From positions 1 through 53,841 of IMG/VR virus record IMGVR_UViG_3300011339_000955: DNA of 53,841 nucleotides; one strand, 5' to 3'. This stretch comes from a virus (taxonomy: Duplodnaviria > Caudoviricetes). Each line of letters begins with the position of its first letter. The first letter of the stretch is position 1. The position numbers were made by a program, and so were the translations under genes. The notes beneath the pieces are model-generated. The model saw only the letters and a program-made list of their open reading frames with translations, searched no databases and had not been told where the DNA came from. Shown here one piece after another: positions 45,121 through 53,841 of the stretch.

Positions 45121-47151
45121 TTATCTGGCAGTTACCGCCACTATTCCTGATATAAGTTTTTTACCTGCAAGGGATTTTATAGCCGCATCAACAATAGCTG
45201 CAGGGTCCCTTTTAGGTACCGAGTTCCATGGGGAAGCCCCTGAATCTCCTGAAAAAACCTCATAAGGCCTTTTCATATAAGTAAAACTTAAAGTATTGTC
45301 ACTGACGTCAATTGCTCTTACACTTTTAGCAAACCTACCACTTCTATATTGTAATGTACCTTCACCAGTCATTTGCTCTTTTACTGCCTGGTATATATTA
45401 GCATTAATTACGTCTAGTACAGAAAAGTTAGAGTATGTCTGCTGTGAAGAAGAGTACCCTGCTGACGTTGGCCGTACTGTTTTTTGTCTACGGCCTGCAT
45501 TCTTTGCATTTCTTTTAGGAACATTGGGAGCTTTTAACCGCTTTAACTTTGCTGGTCTTTTTAACTTTTTTATTTTTACAAGAGGTACAAATAATTTCTT
45601 TTTTGTTTTTTTAATACCAGTATACTTCTTTACATAGTTTGCAAGCTTAGGATCATCAAATATTTTTGATATAGCCGTAGTTAAAACTCTAGTAATTAAA
45701 GGGGGAGATCTTTCTACATTTATAATGGCTATTAGTATCTTTAATGCGTGAGCCTCTAGCTGTGAGTTTACCCCTGAGTTATTTGAAGCTAATAGGGGTA
45801 CGAAAACCCGGCTTCCTAAAGGAAACTTCATTATAGTTTTAGAAATTCCTTCATTTTTAGTAATACTAAAGCCAGTTTCAGTGTTTATAATACTATAAAA
45901 GCCTAAGTACTCGGTGCCGTCTACATTTTTAGTAAGTAAATTTTTATTATTTTTAATTTCTTCGTAAATATCTTTTACCTTAACGCCTTTTTTAAATTCA
46001 AAAGCCTTATCAGAAAAGTTTCTACCAACAAGTCTAGTAATCCTTAAAGTTTCTTCTGCTGCTAATAGCCACTTTTCTATGTATTTTTTTGCTATTAATG
46101 CGATTTGATAGTCCTCAGACTCTGGGGCACTATCTCTTAAAACACCTTCTATATCCTTGGATAACGTATCTTTTAGCACCTGAATAAAATACTTTTGTTT
46201 GTCTGCAGAGACGCTTTCTGTGTGCCCAATAGCCGTTGGTGGTAAATTACTTATTTTTTCTATACCTTGTTCAAGGCTACTTTGAGCATCTTCGTCTACT
46301 TCTACCGTTTGTAAGGTATCATTTGGTATAATAGTAATAGGATATGCCCCTGTAGAGCTATCTATTTCTGCATACCTATCGGTTTCAGTAGTACCATCCG
46401 GTAATTTACTTATTGGCAGTAGTTTACTTTTTAGCGCTGCTTTTATATCTCCAAACTTAACATTTAGATTAGCATTTTTAGCTTTTGCTAGTATAGGGCT
46501 AAAGCCTAGGGCGGCAATCTTGCTTTTTAATAAATACTTTTCTACTCCATTTTCATCTAGCAGAACAATGTACACTGGGTTTCCTGCTCCTGACGCAATA
46601 CTAAGGTTAACCCCTCCTGCCGCTATGGCTTCTCTCCATTTTTTCTTAAAAAAGTTAAATAGTTCATTTGCTGTAACTTCAAAAGGCTCATTGCTGCCTA
46701 GATCTCGTAAAGAAGCTGTTATAAGCGTACTGCTTATTTTCTTTCTGACAGACATATACTCGCTTTTAGTTTCTACTTTTCCGCTTAAACGAGTATAAGA
46801 AGCAGACCATTTTTTCCAGGCTACACCTTTTCCATCTTCTGATTCTACAAAAATCAAGTTACTTTGAAAGTTTTCTAGATCCTTAACATCCGTTTTACTA
46901 TATCTATCCGCTAGGCTGTTAGGGTCTAAGGGCTCTGTCCCCTCATAGAATACTTCTAGAGCGGGATATGTTCTTAAGTCTTTTGCTAAAATATTTCGAA
47001 CTACGGAGGCTAGAGGGGTGTCCTCATCTGGATCATATTCTTCTAATATTCCGTTGTTATTGCGTGCATACTCTCTTGTCGCCTGTACCTTCAAAGCGCT
47101 AAAGAATGATTCCCTAGTTTTATGATGTACTGTAAATACCTTCTCAGACAT
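45121..47151 (-). CDS. Tail completion protein (T5 p143-like C-terminus) with a long unknown N-terminal region
   Basis: Between head completion and tail terminator genes; C-terminal LQYRSGRFAKS..YMKRPYEVF..RDP motif. Confidence 0.6.
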   Translation of the reverse strand: MSEKVFTVHHKTRESFFSALKVQATREYARNNNGILEEYDPDEDTPLASVVRNILAKDLRTYPALEVFYEGTEPLDPNSLADRYSKTDVKDLENFQSNLIFVESEDGKGVAWKKWSASYTRLSGKVETKSEYMSVRKKISSTLITASLRDLGSNEPFEVTANELFNFFKKKWREAIAAGGVNLSIASGAGNPVYIVLLDENGVEKYLLKSKIAALGFSPILAKAKNANLNVKFGDIKAALKSKLLPISKLPDGTTETDRYAEIDSSTGAYPITIIPNDTLQTVEVDEDAQSSLEQGIEKISNLPPTAIGHTESVSADKQKYFIQVLKDTLSKDIEGVLRDSAPESEDYQIALIAKKYIEKWLLAAEETLRITRLVGRNFSDKAFEFKKGVKVKDIYEEIKNNKNLLTKNVDGTEYLGFYSIINTETGFSITKNEGISKTIMKFPLGSRVFVPLLASNNSGVNSQLEAHALKILIAIINVERSPPLITRVLTTAISKIFDDPKLANYVKKYTGIKKTKKKLFVPLVKIKKLKRPAKLKRLKAPNVPKRNAKNAGRRQKTVRPTSAGYSSSQQTYSNFSVLDVINANIYQAVKEQMTGEGTLQYRSGRFAKSVRAIDVSDNTLSFTYMKRPYEVFSGDSGASPWNSVPKRDPAAIVDAAIKSLAGKKLISGIVAVTAR

Positions 47152-47716
47152 CTCTATACATATCCAAGATTCTTTTTATATGAGGGGGAAAATCTGCTTT
47201 ATCTGTGTTAAATCTTATACTAAATGAAGAGTGATTTTTCTCTGGAAGATACTGCTCTTTGAGATAATATGTAAGTATATCAAAGCAAGCAAGTTCTAGG
47301 TCATCTGGCACGGAAGCGTAGCCACCACGATATGTTACTTTTACTGCATCAATACCAATAGTCCAATTTTTTGTTCTACCATCTTCTATTCTATAAATAG
47401 CATCATAAGTAGTGTCTACAATATAGTGTGTGCCGGAAGTGAGAGTAGTATAATCCGTTTGGCTACCCTCGTTTAACTCTAGAACTGATACTACGTTTAC
47501 GATAGGTATCTCTGTTAGAAATACAGAAGGTTGGCCCCAAGTAAATGAAAATTTCTCTTCTTTATTAGTACCATAAAAATCAATGAAGGATCTACCACAA
47601 TACGTTCTAACTACTTGAGAAACTGCGGGTATAAGAATATCCAGTCGTGGATCTTCGTTAGTACCAGAAATTCCTCTGTACATTTTATAGTTATCTTTTG
47701 TTACTAAATTTGCCAT
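47144..47716 (-). CDS. Head completion / head-tail adaptor (T5 p144-like)
   Basis: AAGGA SD; D.RLDILI..VS..VRTYCGR, VKVTYRGGY..VPDDL.LA, FPPHIKRILD.YR. Confidence 0.85.
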   Translation of the reverse strand: MANLVTKDNYKMYRGISGTNEDPRLDILIPAVSQVVRTYCGRSFIDFYGTNKEEKFSFTWGQPSVFLTEIPIVNVVSVLELNEGSQTDYTTLTSGTHYIVDTTYDAIYRIEDGRTKNWTIGIDAVKVTYRGGYASVPDDLELACFDILTYYLKEQYLPEKNHSSFSIRFNTDKADFPPHIKRILDMYRDV

Positions 47717-47750
47717 TAGTATCCTTAACGTACTGAGGTAGACCCTCGAT

Positions 47751-47827
47751 AAAAAGGCCCAATGAGATATATATAATTATCCCATTGGGCCTGATTTATA
47801 AGGGAGCCTATATTTCAAGGCTCCCTT
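47751..47827 (-). terminator. Tandem hairpins / terminator after the capsid gene
   Basis: 10-bp stem 47800-47827, then a 15-bp stem 47755-47792 (one G-U pair on the - strand) followed by a T-tract. Confidence 0.8.
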
Positions 47828-47832
47828 TTAGA

Positions 47833-49260
47833 TTAGCTTGCGTACTTGATTGAAGCTGAAGACTTAGCGTTCGTGATAATAGTTTCAAGACCTAAACGCT
47901 GTGTAGCAATAAGTTCTCTGTGCTGAAGACGTGCAATGTACTCAGACTCAAGCGTTACGCCACGAAGACGAGGCATTACAAAGTTCCTTGGGTTTAGAGC
48001 AAGAGCATAAACGGCTCCTGATGCAGCTGTTTTAAACTCGGGGCAGAGAAGAACTTTGCTTCCATATACCTGTCCAATTTCGCCTGTGAGCTTAACTGCG
48101 TTATTGCCAACAAGGTTCATGTCCTGGAACTCGGGGTCTTCTAGAAGATCAAAGTATCCTTGCTGAGATACGATGTAATATACATCGCCAGGGGTGATGC
48201 CGTACTTGCCCATAGCTTTACGACGACCCATTAGGTCAGCGGCTGTTAGCTTGTAGCTAGCAGAAGCTCCAAAGCTAAGTTCCGTACTTGCGTCAGCTGC
48301 GCCTTGAGCAAATCCTGAGAAAGAATTGCTGAGTAAGCTAGTTGAGTGCCCACCAAGAAGCATAGCATGCTCTACTGAGCGCTGGTGCATACGTACCATT
48401 GTCTCGTTAATTAGAGGAAGAATGGCAAGAATTGTATCTTCTTCTGTTTCGTTTGCTAGGTAGCTGAGAGACATAAGTTTCTTAGTGCTTAGTGTCTTGC
48501 TTGTTAGGTCTACACCGCTGTAAGGAGAACCAGCTGCAGTACCATCACTACGTATTTCTAAAGAGCCGTCTGGAGCTGGTGCTGTGTATGGTGCTGTGCC
48601 GTATGCTTTTGCACTGATGAATTCTGCATATCCAGCGTCAGGAAGGATAGGCATTGCCATCACCGCTGTTCTCATTGTGATTTCACGAACGAGAGGAGCA
48701 AGGACTAAGCCAAGCTGGATATCGCGTTCGATATCAGCAGAGACTGTTGTTTCAAATGCTTCAACGCTTAGAGAAGGAGCAGCAACGCTGGACATTGTGT
48801 TCACAGCTTTTTCAACGATTTCTTTACCGAACTTAGTATCGAATCCACCTTTTCCTTTGATCACTGCGTTCATGAGGTAAGCAGCACGTAGATCTGGTAG
48901 GAAAGCTTTTTGCCAGTCAGAGCCAGGCTGTGAGCCAATAAATGTACGCTTTGACTCACGAAGATTCTTGAGCTCTTCTGAACGATCACGTAGAGCAGCT
49001 TCTAGATCTGTTGTTTTCTTTGCAAACTCAGCTTCTGTAGAAGCAAGTTTCTCATTGAAAGTTTTCTTGACTTCGTCAAGTAGTTTTTCTGTCTGCGAAG
49101 CACCAGCTTTTACAACAGTTTCTGTTACGGCATCCGTGATGCCTTTAAGCTTTGCAGTTTCTTCTTTTGCAGCTTTATCAGCAGCAACTTTTTCTGCTTC
49201 TGCCATTTTTACGGCGTCTGCAGCAGCCTTTGCGATAAGCTTCTTTAGTTCTTCATCCAT
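47833..49260 (-). CDS. Major capsid protein precursor from an internal in-frame start (475 aa)
   Basis: TAAGGA-N7-ATG at 49260 (MDEELKK) precedes the scaffold domain. Confidence 0.7.
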   Translation of the reverse strand: MDEELKKLIAKAAADAVKMAEAEKVAADKAAKEETAKLKGITDAVTETVVKAGASQTEKLLDEVKKTFNEKLASTEAEFAKKTTDLEAALRDRSEELKNLRESKRTFIGSQPGSDWQKAFLPDLRAAYLMNAVIKGKGGFDTKFGKEIVEKAVNTMSSVAAPSLSVEAFETTVSADIERDIQLGLVLAPLVREITMRTAVMAMPILPDAGYAEFISAKAYGTAPYTAPAPDGSLEIRSDGTAAGSPYSGVDLTSKTLSTKKLMSLSYLANETEEDTILAILPLINETMVRMHQRSVEHAMLLGGHSTSLLSNSFSGFAQGAADASTELSFGASASYKLTAADLMGRRKAMGKYGITPGDVYYIVSQQGYFDLLEDPEFQDMNLVGNNAVKLTGEIGQVYGSKVLLCPEFKTAASGAVYALALNPRNFVMPRLRGVTLESEYIARLQHRELIATQRLGLETIITNAKSSASIKYAS

Positions 49261-50823
49261 GATTATTTCCTTAGAAGAGGACTTGACCTCTTGATGTTCT
49301 ACATTGGTAGAAAGATCGGGCGTGAGCCCTTTTCTAAACTCCTCCATTGACTGGTAGGATTTTACGATATTAAACTCTGCCGATGCATTAGCAGGTATTG
49401 ATACTACCGATACTTCATATAACTCTGCATCTTTAATTAACAAACCTCCGGTATCCCGAATATAGTCTGCATCTTTTACTTTAAACCCAACCGAGAAAGT
49501 AGTTAATATACCGTCTGCGATAAGTTTGGCGATGTAAGGATCAGCTTTACTGATTTTAGCAGTAATTTCTAGTCCTTTATCCGTAACACGTAAAGCAGTT
49601 CCGCGGCCTATTGGTCTATTATGGTCGTGATTAAATAATATAATAGGGTTGCGTAAGTAGTTATCCGTTCCCCCTTTAGTCCAAGCTTCAGATTCAATTA
49701 CATCTCCTACGCGATCTCTATCTGTAGTAGATGCCATTCCCCGAATTGTGATAGTCGAAGAGTCTTCCGAAACGGACTTGATCTTCGACATTAGTGTATA
49801 GATTTTATCCTGTTTCATTAAACTTTCTATTTTTCTTAGAGTAGAAAACTTGTGGGCTACTTCTACATCTGACGCTTCATACTTATCACCAGATTTTCTC
49901 CAAACAACAATTACTGCAGCGGGATCTTCTGGTGTTCCACTAATGCCCTGTATACCTGTTTCTCCGTTCTTTACTACACGCTTAATCTTTCCGCGAGCAG
50001 TTCCACCACTAGAATTCCAAGAAACATAGTCGCCCGTTTTTAGATCTTCAGGGGCTGCTTTTTGCATTTCTTGTTTTAGGTATTCGTACGAGTCTTTTAC
50101 ATAAGTACAAGCTAACATGACTTTAGATACGACATACATAGGTAAGCTAACTTCTTCTGAGAGCATGCCGTTAATTTCTTCTACGGCATTTAGCATAATC
50201 CTAATTTCGGATTTAGCCATTTCTCCTTCGTAGTCGTACTCTTCGTCTAGTTGTTTTTCGTATCCTTCTGACTTAATATAGTCACGTGCGTCACGAATAT
50301 AATCAGTTGCTAGTATAACCTTTGAAATAATATGGCCAGGTAGATTATCCTCATCTCCTAGCATATCATGTAATTTTTTACCTATATCGGCAATATCTAG
50401 TAAGTAGGGAGCAATGTATGAGGGGCCGTATTCGTCCTCTTCGCTATCTTCCTCATCGTCTTCTTCCATGCTCTTTTTTCCGTCTAGTCGGTCCATCGTG
50501 GCTACTTTAGCTCTTGACCAACTAAACCCAGCATCACCGCCCCATAGAGCCCAAGCAACCCGACCAGGTGAAGGATACCCTTCTTCTCCGGGACTAAACC
50601 CCTGGGCCTGCTTGTCTACTTCATGGCGACTAAAGAAACTGAACATTCTTCTAACCGTACTAGGTGAGAGTTCAGTTTTATTCTTTAGTTGATTAGCTCG
50701 CGCCAAACCTACTCTAGTGCCTCCACGCTTACCGTCTGCTTTCCAAGCTAGTGCTCTTTCGGCTTCAGATTTCATACCATCGGAAGGTACTAGGCTGATA
50801 TTTTGCCCCCTATACTTCACCAT
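47833..50823 (-). CDS. Fusion ORF: N-terminal accessory domains + HK97-type prohead protease + scaffold + major capsid protein
   Basis: Single 996-aa frame. Protease motifs LFNHDH, FSVGF and EVSVVSIPAN at aa ~336-495, then a coiled-coil scaffold, then an HK97-fold capsid starting EK-AVN. Confidence 0.88.
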   Translation of the reverse strand: MVKYRGQNISLVPSDGMKSEAERALAWKADGKRGGTRVGLARANQLKNKTELSPSTVRRMFSFFSRHEVDKQAQGFSPGEEGYPSPGRVAWALWGGDAGFSWSRAKVATMDRLDGKKSMEEDDEEDSEEDEYGPSYIAPYLLDIADIGKKLHDMLGDEDNLPGHIISKVILATDYIRDARDYIKSEGYEKQLDEEYDYEGEMAKSEIRIMLNAVEEINGMLSEEVSLPMYVVSKVMLACTYVKDSYEYLKQEMQKAAPEDLKTGDYVSWNSSGGTARGKIKRVVKNGETGIQGISGTPEDPAAVIVVWRKSGDKYEASDVEVAHKFSTLRKIESLMKQDKIYTLMSKIKSVSEDSSTITIRGMASTTDRDRVGDVIESEAWTKGGTDNYLRNPIILFNHDHNRPIGRGTALRVTDKGLEITAKISKADPYIAKLIADGILTTFSVGFKVKDADYIRDTGGLLIKDAELYEVSVVSIPANASAEFNIVKSYQSMEEFRKGLTPDLSTNVEHQEVKSSSKEIIMDEELKKLIAKAAADAVKMAEAEKVAADKAAKEETAKLKGITDAVTETVVKAGASQTEKLLDEVKKTFNEKLASTEAEFAKKTTDLEAALRDRSEELKNLRESKRTFIGSQPGSDWQKAFLPDLRAAYLMNAVIKGKGGFDTKFGKEIVEKAVNTMSSVAAPSLSVEAFETTVSADIERDIQLGLVLAPLVREITMRTAVMAMPILPDAGYAEFISAKAYGTAPYTAPAPDGSLEIRSDGTAAGSPYSGVDLTSKTLSTKKLMSLSYLANETEEDTILAILPLINETMVRMHQRSVEHAMLLGGHSTSLLSNSFSGFAQGAADASTELSFGASASYKLTAADLMGRRKAMGKYGITPGDVYYIVSQQGYFDLLEDPEFQDMNLVGNNAVKLTGEIGQVYGSKVLLCPEFKTAASGAVYALALNPRNFVMPRLRGVTLESEYIARLQHRELIATQRLGLETIITNAKSSASIKYAS

Positions 50824-51106
50824 TACTTGTTTTCCCTGGGGCTACTGGAGCCTTCTTAGTCACAAGCTTTTTAACTAATGGTGACTTTTTAACTGACGCG
50901 GTAGGCGTCCGGCTTTTTACCCGCTGTATTTGAGCCTTAACTTGAAGCATTGCTCTTCTAAAAGTCATAAAGTAAATTTTTAATCTATTTACCGTATACG
51001 GTGGAGAGCCCTTAGTATATTCCTCCATAGTAACAGTATCTGGATCGATATTATTCTCTATAAAGTACTCAGCCACTGTTCTGGCCATTGCTGCTGTTCT
51101 GTTCAT
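50810..51106 (-). CDS. Hypothetical basic protein between portal and protease
   Basis: 98 aa, overlaps both neighbours, AAGGA SD, Lys-rich tail. Confidence 0.65.
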   Translation of the reverse strand: MNRTAAMARTVAEYFIENNIDPDTVTMEEYTKGSPPYTVNRLKIYFMTFRRAMLQVKAQIQRVKSRTPTASVKKSPLVKKLVTKKAPVAPGKTSNGEV

Positions 51107-52302
51107 TTATCCTTCGCTTCTGGTGGTCGGCCTCCCACGGAGGGATTTACGGCGGAACCAGCTATATTTTGAGGCACTCTAATCTTATCCATTTCGGGGT
51201 CTTTTGACTTCTCAAAAGCTAAAGACTCCCTAGCTTCGTTTGGTGTAAGGATGCCAGCATTTACCAGACTAACCGCGTAGGATGCTTGCTCTTGAAGTTC
51301 TGGCTGCATACCTGGAATATCGTTATCCGGTAAAAGCTTGTACCCAAAGTATCTCTCTAGTCCTTTTATTAGTTTATCTACTAGAGGAATTACGGTTTCA
51401 ATGTAAAACAGTCGCTGGTTAGGTCTAATATTTGCGTTGTTTCCGCCATCTAGTAGGATCGGTGGGACACCTAAAGCTTTTAAAATAGCTGTTTCTTGTA
51501 CTTTAATGCTATTTTCAAAATCAAGTTCCTGGAAAGTAGTATTAGAAAGTCTATCTAACTCTAACCCGCCATCTAGAATTAAAGGTCTTTTGCCTCCATT
51601 GTCTGGCGCGTACGATCTAAGCCAACTATCAATCATTTTTTGTTTTAGCTTATCGCTTAGCGAGTTTTCAGATTTTAGGATTAGACCTGGTATTGTTCCG
51701 TTCTGGAAAAACTTATCTTGGTAAGCTATCATTCTATATAGCAACACCATATTATTTAACGCTGATGTAAGTCTAGAAGATCCTCTATAGATATTTCTTA
51801 AAGCGTTATCTTTAATATGTATAATTTCTTCTGGGCTATACTTTATTGTCTGTAGTGTATACCCGGATACATATGTAGAGCTATCTGTTTCAATACTCAT
51901 AAGGTGAGCTGGGCAATGGTACAGGTGGCTGCCGTCAAAGTAGATAAACGCATTTCCTTCTACAACCAAGTCAGTAAATATAAGCCTACGAAACGTTGAT
52001 ATATCCATAAAAGGATTGGGTTCGCTGTTTAGTACCGCTTCAACTCTAGAAGCTCTTACATTTTTGATGGGAGGACTGTCTTGTCTTATGACAGCTTTTG
52101 GAAGTATTATATCAACTTGAGAAGCAGCATCTACTATCATATTTACACCACGTTGTACAACGCCTAAGCGCTCATAGTACGTAAACGGTGTAGTAGGCGC
52201 AGGATCTATTGTAGTACCGGAATCGGACTGTATCCAACGTTGGCCGGGGTTTAACTTTTCTACATAAGTACTTAAGTTTTTAAAGATTCTTTGTTGAGCC
52301 AT
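51103..52302 (-). CDS. Portal protein (HK97 family)
   Basis: EPNPFM, GNAFI, EIIHIKD, G.SRL, FFQNG..PG, ILDGGL, LGVPP.LL, GILTPNEAR. Confidence 0.95.
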   Translation of the reverse strand: MAQQRIFKNLSTYVEKLNPGQRWIQSDSGTTIDPAPTTPFTYYERLGVVQRGVNMIVDAASQVDIILPKAVIRQDSPPIKNVRASRVEAVLNSEPNPFMDISTFRRLIFTDLVVEGNAFIYFDGSHLYHCPAHLMSIETDSSTYVSGYTLQTIKYSPEEIIHIKDNALRNIYRGSSRLTSALNNMVLLYRMIAYQDKFFQNGTIPGLILKSENSLSDKLKQKMIDSWLRSYAPDNGGKRPLILDGGLELDRLSNTTFQELDFENSIKVQETAILKALGVPPILLDGGNNANIRPNQRLFYIETVIPLVDKLIKGLERYFGYKLLPDNDIPGMQPELQEQASYAVSLVNAGILTPNEARESLAFEKSKDPEMDKIRVPQNIAGSAVNPSVGGRPPEAKDK

Positions 52303-52670
52303 TTACGCCTTTTTAATGCGACCCATTTATCCTGAGCCTTAGCCAAGCCAGGAGCTGGCGCTTTTCCGAAAACCTGATGGAGTTCTTGATGATGTGTCTT
52401 ACACAAAGTTACTACATCATGGTAGAGCTCATCATAGTGCTGTGCTATAAACTGATCTCGTACAGCTAGTACATCCTCAACGGACTCTACTCTGATTTTA
52501 TTTTTTCTGCACCAGGTGGTCCAGAGATCCGCTAGAGAAGCATAGTGGTGTAGTTGAAGCTCTTCGATGGTGTCACAAACACAGCAATGATCATCTTTAC
52601 GATAAGCCGATTTTGCTGCATCCCTAATATACTTGACACTAGCTCGTTTTAGCTCTGAGTATTTTTCCAC
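52272..52670 (-). CDS. HNH-type nicking endonuclease
   Basis: CCVC..LQLHH..VTLCKTHH..LH; lies between terminase and portal as in T5. Confidence 0.82.
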   Translation of the reverse strand: MEKYSELKRASVKYIRDAAKSAYRKDDHCCVCDTIEELQLHHYASLADLWTTWCRKNKIRVESVEDVLAVRDQFIAQHYDELYHDVVTLCKTHHQELHQVFGKAPAPGLAKAQDKWVALKRRKWLNKESLKT

Positions 52671-52697
52671 TCTTGAATCCTTACCATTTATATTATA

Positions 52698-52726
52698 ATT
52701 CTATAGTGCCTTAAGATTAATGTCAA
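52698..52726 (-). promoter_or_regulatory. Sigma70-type promoter for the head operon
   Basis: - strand TTGACA-N17-TAGAAT with AAATTTTAC upstream. Confidence 0.85.
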
Positions 52727-52745
52727 ACGTAAAATTTAACAGCTC

Positions 52746-53841
52746 CTAGAATCCACTAAAATTGCTAGTATATGAATACAGTGCGTATCTTATGGCGTCG
52801 GCTGAGTGAGAAGCACTGTTATGCAAAGGCTTCTCTTTTAATAAATTAATATTAGGGTCCCAACGATATGCTTCTAGGGATTTTAGGCTCATTACACAGT
52901 CCTGATGCACGAAAAGTTTATTATTGTCGATAACTGCGCCCACATGGGCGATACCATCGAGAACTGATTTCTTGGCATCAATAGTAGATATACCATAGTC
53001 AGCAGCTAAGTCTGCTCTAAACTGAGCCGCGGCAGAGTCTACAAAGATCATGTCTATATCATACTTGTCAATGTAATACTGTATACTTTCTGCGTGCTTC
53101 TGTGTAGTTTTTTCTTGGCTTAGATACTCTGCTAGTAGATAGTAAATGTCATTTACACTATCATAAGCAAAGACAGCTAGTGCGGTTGGATCTTTATAAC
53201 CTACGTCCATCCCCGCAAAGACATCCATACCTTTATAGTTAAACTCTGATAGATCTTTAACCTGTGTCTCAAAGTTAAACTCCCAGATTCTACCTTCAAA
53301 TGTGCTAAAGTCTGCCTCGTACTCTTGTCTAAATTCTGCGTCGCTCATAGTTTTGCGAGCTTCTTGAATATCTCTATCATCTACTCTAGGGTTATCCATA
53401 TAAGTACCGTGTATAGAGACCCACTCTGGAAATTCTTTGCTAAATCCTCTTTCGTAGAACTTAGCGAACCAGTTATTTCTGCCACGGGGAGTACTAATAA
53501 AGATAGCTTTGCTATTAGGTTTATCTAGTGTAGGGCGTAGGGCGATATTGAAGGCATTTTCCCCTTCATCTGTAAGAGCCGCCTCGTCGAATATAATTAG
53601 GTCGTAAGAACGACCAACAACGGAGTCTACCTGATTTACCGAACCCATTCTAATTGTAGAACCATTTGATAGTTCTATAATAGAATCTTTAGCATTATCC
53701 CTACTTACTTCTAAATTAAAGTGTTTAATTAAACTACGTTGAAGGTCGAAAGAAATTTGAGATAGTCTATAATTAGGCGACATAATTAACACGTTGGTGC
53801 CTGGAACTAAAACACAGGCTTGCCCAATAATATTTGCTATG
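52746..53841 (-). CDS. terL: Terminase large subunit, 5'-truncated by the window edge
   Basis: Frame open to the edge (IANIIGQACVLVPGTNVLIMSPNY...); Walker B IIFDEAA, ISTP.G.N, GMDVG..D, H..DA.RY. Confidence 0.95.
   Translation of the reverse strand, partial: IANIIGQACVLVPGTNVLIMSPNYRLSQISFDLQRSLIKHFNLEVSRDNAKDSIIELSNGSTIRMGSVNQVDSVVGRSYDLIIFDEAALTDEGENAFNIALRPTLDKPNSKAIFISTPRGRNNWFAKFYERGFSKEFPEWVSIHGTYMDNPRVDDRDIQEARKTMSDAEFRQEYEADFSTFEGRIWEFNFETQVKDLSEFNYKGMDVFAGMDVGYKDPTALAVFAYDSVNDIYYLLAEYLSQEKTTQKHAESIQYYIDKYDIDMIFVDSAAAQFRADLAADYGISTIDAKKSVLDGIAHVGAVIDNNKLFVHQDCVMSLKSLEAYRWDPNINLLKEKPLHNSASHSADAIRYALYSYTSNFSGF

Larger units (their letters stand above)
1..53841. other. Segment of a T5-like (Demerecviridae-type) siphophage genome
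   Basis: Gene order split ligase-D5-helicase-primase-pol-D10-D11-D12-D13-D14-D15 on +, converging on TerL-HNH-portal-protease-capsid-connectors-tube-chaperone-tape measure on -, as in T5. No integrase or host flanks are seen. Confidence 0.93.

Noticed and set aside
1-53841. Stop-codon reassignment, tRNA genes, integrase, DGR or retron
   Set aside because: Genes tile densely under the standard code and TAA, TAG and TGA all end genes. Intergenic gaps are short with no cloverleaf seen, and no recombinase or reverse-transcriptase motifs were found.

Overview
The window is a 53.8 kb segment of a T5-like (Demerecviridae-type) tailed phage genome, cut inside genes at both ends. On the + strand (1-26122), a 6.6 kb accessory block encodes a collagen-like Gly-X-Gln fibre, a GT2-like glycosyltransferase, a SAM methyltransferase, two small virion-like proteins, a GH130-like beta-propeller and a TPR-FkbM methyltransferase. 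It is followed by a T5-syntenic replication module: PC4-like protein, split NAD+ ligase with a GIY-YIG/thyX cassette between the halves, D5, DnaB-like helicase, primase, family A polymerase, PhoH, D10-D15, a MazG-like protein and class Ia NrdAB. On the - strand (53841-26160) is the morphogenesis operon: terminase, HNH nickase, portal, a 996-aa protease-capsid fusion, connectors, tail tube, chaperones, tape measure, a lambda-like M-M-L-K-I-J tail tip and a repeat-rich fibre. The two arms converge on a bidirectional terminator. The strongest candidates for new biology are (1) a putative virion-fibre glycosylation/O-methylation module, (2) a capsid polyprotein with N-terminal cargo domains and an internal capsid start, (3) a +1 (UUU-CGU) tail-chaperone frameshift, (4) the interrupted split ligase with a probably leaderless N-terminal half, and (5) a promoter that initiates inside a terminator hairpin. 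All protein calls come from motif recognition and synteny by eye; no database search was run.
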